In this document: positions 1 through 8,780 of the stretch, piece after piece | How positions within the stretch are numbered: position 1 is the first letter of the stretch | How the letters are laid out: the number at the start of each line of letters is the position of its first letter | From: a virus | IMG/VR virus record: IMGVR_UViG_3300045988_145683 | Span: 1-64,000 of that record | Direction: 5' to 3' (one strand) | DNA: 64,000 bases | Notes under the pieces: generated by a model | The model's database searches: none | Told to the model about the DNA's origin: nothing | The model's input: the letters and a program-made list of their open reading frames with translations, nothing else | Position numbers and translations under genes: made by a program

Positions 1-35
1 ATATATATATAAGGTTAAGAAAGGAATTGATAAAA

Positions 36-227
36 ATGAATGATTATGATGATATTTCTTGGGCAGTTGCGAGTGTAGCTTTTATGTTCATTGAAGTAGC
101 TATTATGTTATTTATTTGGAATACCGCTCTTATTCCTTGGTTTTGCTTTCCAAGCATTACTTATTGGCAAATGTTTGTCATTAAGATTTTTATTAATATT
201 GCGGTTCCTTCTCGCTCAAAGGAGTAA
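36..227 (+). CDS. small hydrophobic (2-TM) hypothetical protein
   Basis: Track ORF 27..227. ATG at 36 follows a purine-rich RBS. Hydrophobic segments. TAA stop. Confidence 0.35.
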   Translation: MNDYDDISWAVASVAFMFIEVAIMLFIWNTALIPWFCFPSITYWQMFVIKIFINIAVPSRSKE

Positions 228-232
228 TTCAA

Positions 233-493
233 ATGGCATCTTATGAAAATCATGATTTTTACTGTATGAATTGTGGACGAAAAGGAATCCCTTTGTCTCG
301 TCGAGTAAGTCTTCAACATGGTAAATTTCATCGTAAAAAACTGTATTGTATTTATTGCAAAGAAGAAGTAAATCATATCGAATGTAGAACTCCAGAAGAA
401 GTAGAAGAGTTTAAAGAAAATTTTGAGAATGGGGTGTATAAAGATGAAGCAAAAGAATCTTTGGATTATGTCCGGGGTTCCAGGCTCGGGTAA
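233..493 (+). CDS. zinc-ribbon hypothetical protein
   Basis: Track ORF. Two CxxC pairs (CMNCG...CIYCK). TAA stop. Confidence 0.4.
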   Translation: MASYENHDFYCMNCGRKGIPLSRRVSLQHGKFHRKKLYCIYCKEEVNHIECRTPEEVEEFKENFENGVYKDEAKESLDYVRGSRLG

Positions 494-956
494 ATCTACT
501 TGGCTTAAAAATCGTTGGCCTCAGTGCGGTTGTGTTGTTTCTCGTGATGCTCTTCGTTTTCAAATGTTAAATGATGATGAAAGCTATTTCGCCAAAGAAG
601 AAAGCGTATGGCATGCTTTTGTTGAAGCAATTACTCTTTCTTTAAGAGACTATGATGATGTGTATGCAGATGCCACGCATCTTGGACCCGGTTCTCGCAA
701 GAAACTTCTCAAAGCAATTAACGCAAAAGGATATGCAAATCTTAATGTGAATGTTATTTATTTTAATGTTCCTGTTGAAGTTTGCATTGAGCGCAATAAA
801 CAGCGTGATGGTCGAGCGCAAGTTCCAGAAGAAGTAATTCGGAGTATGGCAAATTCTTTTACTCCTCCCACTTTTAAAGAATATATTAAATATAACCTTA
901 TCCAAGAGGTCAATGAAAAAGGAGAAGTGATTCATACATGGCAATCTCATGTCTAA
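444..956 (+). CDS. P-loop kinase (AAA_33 / polynucleotide-kinase-like ATPase)
   Basis: Track ORF 423..956. Walker A SGVPGSGKST. Probable ATG start at 444. TAA stop. Confidence 0.6.
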   Translation: MKQKNLWIMSGVPGSGKSTWLKNRWPQCGCVVSRDALRFQMLNDDESYFAKEESVWHAFVEAITLSLRDYDDVYADATHLGPGSRKKLLKAINAKGYANLNVNVIYFNVPVEVCIERNKQRDGRAQVPEEVIRSMANSFTPPTFKEYIKYNLIQEVNEKGEVIHTWQSHV

Positions 957-1024
957 ATTGTGGGTCAAGAAGTGTTAATTTTATTAATTATTTTCTCATT
1001 AATATATGAAGGAGTGATTAATAA

Positions 1025-1765
1025 ATGAATGTTGTATATAAAATTACTAATTAGACTAATAAAAAATCTTATATAGGCTCAAGTACTCGTGTTGAAACTA
1101 GATGGAAATAGCACATTAATAATGCTTTTAATCTAAATAATTCAAATTATTTTTATCCTTTATAGTGTGCTATTAGAAAATATGGAGTAGAAAATTTTAC
1201 TTTTGAAATTTTAAGAAATGATTTTAATGATGTTAATTCGATGGAAACTTATGAGCATCAAATGATTTTAAAATATAATTCTTTATGTCCTAATGGATAT
1301 AATTAGACTGAAAATACTAAATCTAATATTATCGCTCTTGAGAATACTCAAAAGCATATAAAAAAAATTAGTAAAAAATGTGCTTTAGTAAATGAATAGA
1401 ATGAAATTATTTCTATTTATAGTTCTTATCATGAAGCTGCAAGAGCTCAAGGGTGGGATGGCGATAAAAGAGCTACGACAATAAAAAAAATATGTGATGG
1501 AGAAGCTCATAGTTGTAATAATTTAATTTTTCGATCATTGGATGAAAATAATAATGTTATAATTCCAAAAGCAAAAACTCGAAAAAGACGTACCAAAATA
1601 AAAGGAATTAATATAAATAACCCAAATGATATTGTTTACTATGATAGTATTAGCGAAGCTGCTCGAAAAGAAAAAGTAGATCGAAGTAGTTTAAGTAAAT
1701 GTCTCGCTGGATCAAGTAGATATAGCAAAGTTGGTGGACGAAAATGGGAAAGGATAGGTGATTAA
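1025..1765 (+). CDS. free-standing GIY-YIG homing endonuclease (I-TevI-like), 5 in-frame TAG codons
   Basis: ATG at 1025. Reading TAG as Gln gives MNVVYKITN-Q-TNKKSYIGSS...RWK-Q-H...AIRKYGVENFTFEIL. The C-terminal NUMOD/HTH-like tail DSISEAARK...SSLSKCLAG corresponds to track ORF 1538..1765. TAA stop. Confidence 0.75.
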
Positions 1766-1768
1766 AAT

Positions 1769-2336
1769 ATGGGTGCTATCTTTTTAACAAGTGATATGCA
1801 CTTTGGTTAGCCATGACCGTGAATTTATTTGGAAAGCTCGTGGTTATTCTTCAATTAAAGAAATGAATGAAGATTACGTCGAGAAATGGAATAGCATCAT
1901 TTCTGATGAAGATGACGTTTATATTCTTGGTGATCTAATGCTTGGAGAACCTTCTAATATTGAATATATTAAACGTCTTAAGGGCAAATTCCATATTGTA
2001 TTTGGCAACCATGATACAGCAACTCGGCAGAAGCTTTACGCGGACTTGCCTAATGTTGTTGAAATGAACTGGGCGATTATGCTAAATTATCGTAAATACC
2101 ATTTCTTTATGACCCATTTCCCTTGTATGACTGGTAATCTTGAAAGAGAAAATCTTCATCAAATGACTTTAAATCTCTATGGTCATACTCATCAAACCAC
2201 TAATTTCTTTGAAGATCGACCTTATATGTATCATGTAGGTGTTGACTCTCATCATGGCTATCCCATTAATCTTGATGTAATCATTGATGCTATGAAAGCT
2301 AAAGTTGAGGAATGTAAATCATTTCTTGATGAATGA
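1769..2336 (+). CDS. calcineurin-like metallophosphoesterase; needs a +1 frameshift at GGT TAG C (about 1805-1811)
   Basis: ATG 1769 opens MGAIFLTSDMHFG (D-x-H motif I) in frame A. That frame then reads TAG CCA TGA. Motifs GDLM and GNHD are in the +1 frame (track ORF 1791..2336, GTG start). Total length is 3n+1. Confidence 0.55.
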
Positions 2337-2346
2337 GGAAAACTAA

Positions 2347-2610
2347 ATGGCACTTTATGATTATAAAGGTAATGATTTAACAAAAAAACTCATTACTGGA
2401 AAAATGTCTTATGAAGATTGGGAAAAATTAGTAACAAGACAAATGGAAGAAGCAATTTACAAAGAAGTAAAAGAAAAATTGGAACAAGGTCCATTGGGTG
2501 TAGAAATCTCTTTCTTATGGGATGAAGATGGAGAATTTGAACATAATGGATACTATAATTCGATTGATGATGCTATTGAGGCATTATTCAAATATAAGTA
2601 TAAAATTTAA
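2347..2610 (+). CDS. hypothetical protein
   Basis: Track ORF. GGAAAAC RBS. TAA stop. Confidence 0.4.
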   Translation: MALYDYKGNDLTKKLITGKMSYEDWEKLVTRQMEEAIYKEVKEKLEQGPLGVEISFLWDEDGEFEHNGYYNSIDDAIEALFKYKYKI

Positions 2611-2636
2611 AATTAAATAAATAAGGAGAATTATTT

Positions 2637-4022
2637 ATGCCCGCTATTATTTCATTTATCCTTCCGGCAATTCCTGTAGTTCTTATCGTGCTACTGGTAA
2701 TTTTCATTTTCCTCAATGGTTATGTAAAGGCTCCGCCTGATATGGCTTACATTATCAGTGGTGTCCATAAGAAACCTCGAATTCTCGTTGGTAAAGCTGG
2801 CTTGAAGATTCCTTTCTTCGAACGTTTGGATAAGCTGGCTCTCGGCGCTATTCAAATTGATGTAAAGACTGGATCTGCGGTTCCTACTGCCGAATACATT
2901 AACGTTCGTGTTGACTCTACAGTTTCCGTTCGTGTGGGTAGAGATCCGGAAATGATTGCGCTCGCCGCTCAGAACTTCCTTAACGTAGGCCGTGATGAAA
3001 TTTCTCGTAAGATTAACGACCTTCTTGAAGGCAATATTCGTGAGATCGTCGGTCAGATGAAGTTGACTGATATGGTTAGCGATCGTAAGCTGTTTAGCGA
3101 GAAAGTTCAGGAGAACGCAGTTCCTGATCTGGCACGTTATGGTCTTGAGTTGATTACCTTTAACGTTCAGAACTTCTCTGATGATAATGATGTTATCACT
3201 AACCTCGGTATTGATAATGTCGCTCAGATTAGCAAGAACGCGGCGATCGCTAAGTCCAATGCGGAACGTGAGATTGAGGTCGCTCGTGCGGAAAATGCTA
3301 AGCAGTCTAATGACGCTAAGGTTAAGGCTGCTGAGGAAATCGCAATCCGCAATAACGATCTTGCTATCAAGCAGGCTCAGTTGAAGCAGGAAGCTGATAC
3401 TAAGAAAGCTCAGGCAGAGGCAGCCGCTGGCATTGAGTCTGAAAATCAGCGTAAGCTCAAGGATGTTGCTGCGACTAACGCGAATATCGCAAAGGCCGAG
3501 CGCGAAGCTGAACTGAAGCAGAAAGAAATCGAGCTTAAGGAATATGAACTGACTGCATTGGTTCGTAAGCAGGCTGATGCTGATAAGTATGCTGCGGAAA
3601 AGGCTGCCGAAGCAGACCTGATTCGTCGTCAGAAGGACGCGGAAGCTAAGGCTTATGAGATCGAGCAGGAAGCAAAAGCTATGCGTGCTCGCGCTGAAGC
3701 AGAAAAGTTCGCAGCCGAGCAGAAAGCTGCTGGTATTGCGGCCGTTGGTGAAGCTGAAGCTACAGCAATCGACAAGAAAGCAGAAGCACAGAAGAAGATG
3801 GGTGAAGCTTCTATCATTGAAATGTATTTCAATGCAATGCCTCAAATCGTGGCAAATGCGGCAGCCCCTCTTACCAATGTGGATAAGATCGTCCAGTATG
3901 GCGATGGAAACTCTGCTCGTCTTGTAAAGGATGTTATGGGTTCCGCAAACCAGGTCATTGAAGCAATGTCTGAAAATGGCATCGACATTAAAGAGATGCT
4001 TACAAAAGCATTGAACAAGTAA
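2637..4022 (+). CDS. SPFH/band-7 flotillin-like membrane protein
   Basis: N-terminal TM helix, an SPFH core (PPDMAYIISGVHKKPRILVGKAGLKIPFFERL), then a long Ala/Glu/Lys-rich coiled coil typical of flotillins. GC and codon usage are clearly higher than in neighbouring genes. Confidence 0.8.
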   Translation: MPAIISFILPAIPVVLIVLLVIFIFLNGYVKAPPDMAYIISGVHKKPRILVGKAGLKIPFFERLDKLALGAIQIDVKTGSAVPTAEYINVRVDSTVSVRVGRDPEMIALAAQNFLNVGRDEISRKINDLLEGNIREIVGQMKLTDMVSDRKLFSEKVQENAVPDLARYGLELITFNVQNFSDDNDVITNLGIDNVAQISKNAAIAKSNAEREIEVARAENAKQSNDAKVKAAEEIAIRNNDLAIKQAQLKQEADTKKAQAEAAAGIESENQRKLKDVAATNANIAKAEREAELKQKEIELKEYELTALVRKQADADKYAAEKAAEADLIRRQKDAEAKAYEIEQEAKAMRARAEAEKFAAEQKAAGIAAVGEAEATAIDKKAEAQKKMGEASIIEMYFNAMPQIVANAAAPLTNVDKIVQYGDGNSARLVKDVMGSANQVIEAMSENGIDIKEMLTKALNK

Positions 4023-4029
4023 TTTAAAT

Positions 4030-4066
4030 AGACACTATGATTTATTTCATAGTGTCTATTTTTTTA
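4030..4066 (+). terminator. rho-independent terminator
   Basis: Hairpin AGACACTATGA...TCATAGTGTCT followed by T7. Confidence 0.6.
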
Positions 4067-4205
4067 TCTCTAATCAACGCGATCGGCCGTAGTTCCAATT
4101 GCTCATACCCATAGAAATTTTTCTAACAAAAACCCTAAAACTTGCCTTTTAATAATTTTTATGTTAATATATTTATAGAAATAGATAGAAAGGAGTTCTA
4201 CTACT

Positions 4206-4643
4206 TTGAAAAAAGAACCTTTATTTAGTTATAATCCTGAATCAGGCGAAGCTTCTTGTTTAATTGAAGACAAAGATGGTAATATTATTTATGGTATCGC
4301 TAAATGTCATCCTGATGATATGGATATGGCAAATGAAAAAACTGGATGTAATTTTGCTTATAAACGAGCTTATATTAAAGTTTTACAAGCATATAAAAAA
4401 GAATTAAAAATTCAACTTGGAGCTTTAAATCAATTATATTATTCAATGAATAGAAGCAAATATTTTAATCCTAAATCTTATGAAAATAAAATGCTTCAAC
4501 GACAAATCCGCCAAAGACAAGAAGATATTAGTTATGTAAATGACTCTATTAAAAATGCTAAAGACGAATTAAATTACATTATTAAAGAAAAAGATAAATT
4601 TTACCAGAGTATTCGTAAACATCGTAATGAGGCCAAGAACTAA
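4206..4643 (+). CDS. hypothetical protein (TTG start)
   Basis: Track ORF. AAAGGAG RBS about 10 nt upstream of TTG. Basic, helical C-terminus. Confidence 0.4.
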   Translation: MKKEPLFSYNPESGEASCLIEDKDGNIIYGIAKCHPDDMDMANEKTGCNFAYKRAYIKVLQAYKKELKIQLGALNQLYYSMNRSKYFNPKSYENKMLQRQIRQRQEDISYVNDSIKNAKDELNYIIKEKDKFYQSIRKHRNEAKN

Positions 4644-4935
4644 AAATAAAAGTATATAAATTTTTATAAATGTTAAGAGGTAAAAATCTTCAAATCCCTA
4701 ATGAAAGGGTGAATATTTATTTTAACATTTATATTCGGAATAATATTTATCGCATTTTTATACCCAATAGGAGATAGTTTAGTTAGTTTGTTGACAACTT
4801 TTCTCGAATTGGTAAAGGGAAAATTAACTTTAAAAATAGCAGAGTATAATTCCCAAATCGAAAAATTAGCAACTGACACAAAAACTTCAGTTCATGCAGT
4901 CGGATTTGCTATACCAAACATAAAAGAGGAAGAAG

Positions 4936-6198
4936 ATGATGAGTACGAAGATGTATAAATTTTATGATACTTGTAGTTTGCTGATGGCGGTTGACACATT
5001 TCTCCAAGAGGAAGAATATACACCGGTTATATCTTCTATTACTTTAAAAGAATTAGAAAATATAAAAACATCATCAAACAAAGATGCTGATATTAAATAC
5101 TCAGCTCGTAAAGTATTACATAAATTAAATGAAAACCCTGATGATTATATTATCCAACTATTTAAATTAGATGGATTAAAAATAATTGAAGATTCTAACC
5201 TTCCAATTACTGATGATAGTAAAATTTTATCTACGGCTATTGAATTTAAATTAGCTCATCCAAACACTATATTCATTACTAATGATTTATCATTAAAAGC
5301 AATGGCGAATCTTTTCTTTGATAAAAATCATATTCAAAGTATAGATGAAGAATTAATTGATGAATATAAAGGATATGTGGAAATCACAATGTCCGACACG
5401 GAAATGGCTGATTTTTATTCTAATCAGTATGAAAATATTTATAGTTTACATATTAATGAATATTTAATTATAAGAGACAAAGATAATAATATTGTTGATA
5501 AAGTATGTTATACAGGCGATGGATATCGACCCATATCATTTGGTAATTTTGACTCTACTCAATTTGGAAAAGTAAAACCAATGAAAGATGACCCATATCA
5601 AGCCTTATTCGCGGATAGTCTTATTAACAATACTATTACTATGGTTCGTGGCCCCGCAGGGTCAGGTAAAACTTATTTAAGCTTAGCTTTTTTAATGAAT
5701 CAATTCGAGCGTGAACGTATTGATAAAATTATTGTATTTTGTAATACAATCGCGACTAAAAATTCAGCAAAATTAGGTTTTTATCCTGGCACTCGTGATG
5801 AAAAATTACTTGATAGCCAGATCGGCAATCTTTTAATTAGTAAATTTGGTGGTCGCTTAGCTGTTGAACGCATGATTGAAAATGAACAATTAGTTCTTTT
5901 ACCATTAAGTGATATCCGTGGTTATGATACTACTGGAATGAAAGCGGGTATTTATATTTCTGAAGCACAAAATATGGATATTTCGCTTATGAAATTGACT
6001 TTACAACGTATCGGTGAAGATGGTATTTGTATCATTGATGGCGATGATAAAACTCAAGTTGATGATATCGCTTTTGCTGGAGCCAATAATGGTATGCGTC
6101 GTGCTTCTAAAGTATTTAGAGGATCAGATGTATATGGTGAAATTGAATTAAAACAAATTCATCGTTCTAAAATTGCGGCATTAGCTGAACATATGTAA
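4936..6198 (+). CDS. phoH: PhoH-like ATPase with N-terminal PIN domain (PhoH2-type)
   Basis: N-terminal PIN-like acidic motifs (FYDTCSLL). Walker A GPAGSGKT and a PhoH core. No TAG codons. Confidence 0.75.
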   Translation: MMSTKMYKFYDTCSLLMAVDTFLQEEEYTPVISSITLKELENIKTSSNKDADIKYSARKVLHKLNENPDDYIIQLFKLDGLKIIEDSNLPITDDSKILSTAIEFKLAHPNTIFITNDLSLKAMANLFFDKNHIQSIDEELIDEYKGYVEITMSDTEMADFYSNQYENIYSLHINEYLIIRDKDNNIVDKVCYTGDGYRPISFGNFDSTQFGKVKPMKDDPYQALFADSLINNTITMVRGPAGSGKTYLSLAFLMNQFERERIDKIIVFCNTIATKNSAKLGFYPGTRDEKLLDSQIGNLLISKFGGRLAVERMIENEQLVLLPLSDIRGYDTTGMKAGIYISEAQNMDISLMKLTLQRIGEDGICIIDGDDKTQVDDIAFAGANNGMRRASKVFRGSDVYGEIELKQIHRSKIAALAEHM

Positions 6199-6202
6199 TT
6201 AT

Positions 6203-6245
6203 AAGAAAGAGAAGATTTACTTCTTCTCTTTCTTTTTTATTTTGT
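6203..6245 (+). terminator. rho-independent terminator
   Basis: Hairpin AAGAAAGAGAAG...CTTCTTCTCTTTCTT followed by a T-run. Confidence 0.55.
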
Positions 6246-6260
6246 GGAAAGGAGGATAAT

Positions 6261-7562
6261 ATGACTAATATTGAAATAACTTGGAATTATTTATATAAAC
6301 AAATAAAAAACCCTTATGGAACGGCCGGGCTAATGGGAAACTTAAAAGCTGAATCAAATTTTAATCCAAAAAATCTTCAAAATAGTTTTGAAAAGACACT
6401 TGGATTAAATGACGAATAGTATACAAAACAAGTAGATAATGGTAAATATACTAATTTTATTTATGATAAAGCTGGATATGGTTTAGCTCAATGGACTTAT
6501 TGGAGTCTTAAAAAACAATTATATGATTTTACAAAAAAGAAAAATACTTCAATAGGAAACTTAAATACACAACTTGAATTTTTAATTTATCAACTTTCTA
6601 CATATTATCCTACCGTTTGGAATACTTTAATAAATTGTAAAGATATATAGACTGCTTCAAATATAGTTTTAACATAGTTTGAACGACCAAAAGATTAGAG
6701 TTTAAAAATCCAATAGTAGAGATTATATTATGGAGTTGAAATATATGATCAATTTATAGAAAAAGGTGAAAATATGAAAATTGTAGATAATTTAACAACA
6801 TCTAATTATCAAAAAGGTAATAATAGAAAAATAAAATATATTGTAATACATTATTTTGGTTCTTTAGGGACTGCAAAAAATATTAGTAATTATTTCAAAA
6901 ATCCTGTCGCTAAATCATCAGCTCATTATTGTGTTGATGAAAAAGATATTATTTATCGTAGTGTTAAAGATGAAGATATTGCTTGGCACTGTGGCACAAG
7001 AAAAGGATATAAACATCCTGAATGTAGAAATGCCAATTCTATTGGAATTGAAGTAAGACCTTGTAAAATAAATAAATCTAATATTGTAGCCAGTGATACT
7101 GATTGGTATTTTGATCCAAAAGCATTAGAAAATACGATACAATTAGTAAAACAATTAATGTAGAAATACAATATACCTGCGGACCACGTTATTCGCCACT
7201 ATGATGTAACTGGTAAATTATGCCCTCGTCCATTATGCGGAACTGACATGAATAGTTATTATAGAACAAGTGGCGATTACCAATGGTAGTTATTTAAACA
7301 AAAAATTGGTGATAATATAAATATTAATGAGGAGGATGAAGATATGACTTAGGATAAATTTAATGAGATGATGGAAGTTTATTTAAATCAACAAGCCGAA
7401 AAAAATGCAAGTTCTTGGTCTGATACGGAAAGAACTTGGGCTGAAAGTAAAGGATATATTAAAGGCGATAATTTAAATCGTAAAATGTATAAAAAATTTA
7501 TGACTCGTGAAGAAATGATTGTAGTTCTTTATAGAATTATGAAAGATAAAGGGTTGGTGTAA
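6261..7562 (+). CDS. modular peptidoglycan hydrolase / endolysin: tail-lysozyme-like domain + Amidase_2 + SLH-like C-terminal domain; 9 in-frame TAG codons
   Basis: Track ORFs 6774..7163 and 7368..7562 and the upstream segment from ATG 6261 are all in one frame. They are separated only by TAG codons (about 6415, 6648, 6676, 6700, 6718, 6721, 7162, 7279, 7348). Domain 1 has G(L/M)GNLKAES...GLAQW. Domain 2 is an amidase_2/PGRP-like fold (IVIHYFGS..., HYCVDE, GIEV). The C-terminus WAESKGYIKGD...MTREEMIVVLYR fits an SLH consensus. Confidence 0.75.
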
Positions 7563-7563
7563 T

Positions 7564-7959
7564 ATGAAACAAAAAAGAGAATTTTCTAAAACTCTGTTAA
7601 TTCAAGAGTCTGCCTTAATTTGGATTTCAACATTAGCATATATTGTTTTAGCATTTTATTGTATTTTTAATGGATATATGGGTTCTTTGCCTTGGCTTAC
7701 CGCAAGCGCAAGTCTTCCTTGGGCGGCATATGGTGTGAGCCAAGTGTATTATTATAAAAAATCAATGGCTGAAAATACCAAAGATGGCGTTAAATATGCG
7801 TCAGTTATGAAAGAGCTTGATGAAGCTTATAATAATTATAAAGAAGAATTAAATAATACACCAACAGTAGATAATACTGAAACTACTTCTATGAGTTATT
7901 ATACCGAAGACGATTATAGCGATAATAGTGATCCTATAAATACTGATTATGGTATTTAA
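7564..7959 (+). CDS. putative holin (2 TM helices)
   Basis: The gene sits immediately after the lysin with overlapping stop/start. Two hydrophobic helices and an acidic C-terminus. No TAG codons. Confidence 0.5.
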   Translation: MKQKREFSKTLLIQESALIWISTLAYIVLAFYCIFNGYMGSLPWLTASASLPWAAYGVSQVYYYKKSMAENTKDGVKYASVMKELDEAYNNYKEELNNTPTVDNTETTSMSYYTEDDYSDNSDPINTDYGI

Positions 7960-7967
7960 TATAAAAT

Positions 7968-8004
7968 TGGATAGTATATAAAATATACTATCCAATTTTT
8001 TTAT
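7968..8004 (+). terminator. rho-independent terminator
   Basis: Hairpin TTGGATAGTATAT...ATATACTATCCAA followed by T8. Confidence 0.6.
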
Positions 8005-8097
8005 TTATATCTTTGGGCGCTTCTCTTAAATATATTATACAAAAATTTTTTATCTCTGTCAAGTTTTATTTAAATCGGCATTTTAAGCCACGATTTT

Positions 8098-8126
8098 TTG
8101 ACTTTCCAAAATATTTTTGTTATAAT
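8098..8126 (+). promoter_or_regulatory. sigma70-like promoter TTGACT-17-TATAAT
   Basis: Exact -35 and -10 hexamers with a 17-nt spacer, upstream of 8148. Confidence 0.5.
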
Positions 8127-8147
8127 ATATTTATAAAATAAAGAAAT

Positions 8148-8780
8148 ATGTTATTGGAGAAAAAAAATATGAGTAATTATATTAATCATTTAAATACTGT
8201 TTTAACACATAAAAAGTATGTATTTAAATATTGTAAAATGGCTGGTATCCCTTGGCGCGGTATTAAGCATGATTTATCCAAGTTTACTCCTATTGAATTC
8301 ATTGAATCCGCTCACTATTGGACCGGTAATCGTTCTCCAATTGATAATTGTAAAGATGTTAATGGATTTAGTAAAGCATGGCAACATCATAAAGGCCACA
8401 ATACTCATCATTGGGAGTATTGGATTGATGATATTAAAGATGGTGGAGTAGGCCATCCAAAAGCACTACTAATGCCTTACGAAGATACCGTTGAGCTTCT
8501 TTGTGATTATTTGGGTGCGGGAGCCGCTTATATGAAAGATAAATTTAATGCGGAAAGTGAATTAAATTGGTGGCTTAAAAAGCGCGAAGAAGTTTTGATG
8601 CACCCAGTTGTTAAATCTTTTGTTAATGTAATTTTTCTTAGGTGGAAAAATGGAACTCCTATTGAAGAATTACTTAATAAAAAATATCTAAAAAAATTAT
8701 ATAATGATTTAGCTTATGATTATAAATTAAATCAAATTATTCCTAAAGTTAAGGAGGAATCTAATGACAACGACAATTAA
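8148..8780 (+). CDS. hypothetical protein (DUF5662-like, His-rich)
   Basis: Track ORF. Conserved HHKGHNTHHWEYW. TAA stop. Confidence 0.4.
   Translation: MLLEKKNMSNYINHLNTVLTHKKYVFKYCKMAGIPWRGIKHDLSKFTPIEFIESAHYWTGNRSPIDNCKDVNGFSKAWQHHKGHNTHHWEYWIDDIKDGGVGHPKALLMPYEDTVELLCDYLGAGAAYMKDKFNAESELNWWLKKREEVLMHPVVKSFVNVIFLRWKNGTPIEELLNKKYLKKLYNDLAYDYKLNQIIPKVKEESNDNDN

Noticed and set aside
1-10. (AT)5 dinucleotide run at the window start
   Set aside because: Too short to call a repeat feature. Probably just AT-rich intergenic sequence.
2691-3845. Long minus-strand track ORFs inside strong plus-strand genes (2691..3845, 9819..10238, 13206..13730, 14408..14707, 14878..15105, 18197..18694, 18749..19069)
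   Set aside because: They lie antisense to well-supported conserved genes (flotillin, topoisomerase, ligase, SSB). They have low-complexity or Leu/Ser-rich translations and no RBS. These are shadow ORFs.
4673-4960. Track ORF 4673..4879 (minus) versus an unlisted plus-strand small ORF ending EEEDDEYEDV at about 4957
   Set aside because: The minus ORF has no RBS and is AT-rich low complexity. The plus-strand frame looks more gene-like (TM helix + acidic tail) but has no ATG/GTG start and overlaps the phoH start. Left unannotated.
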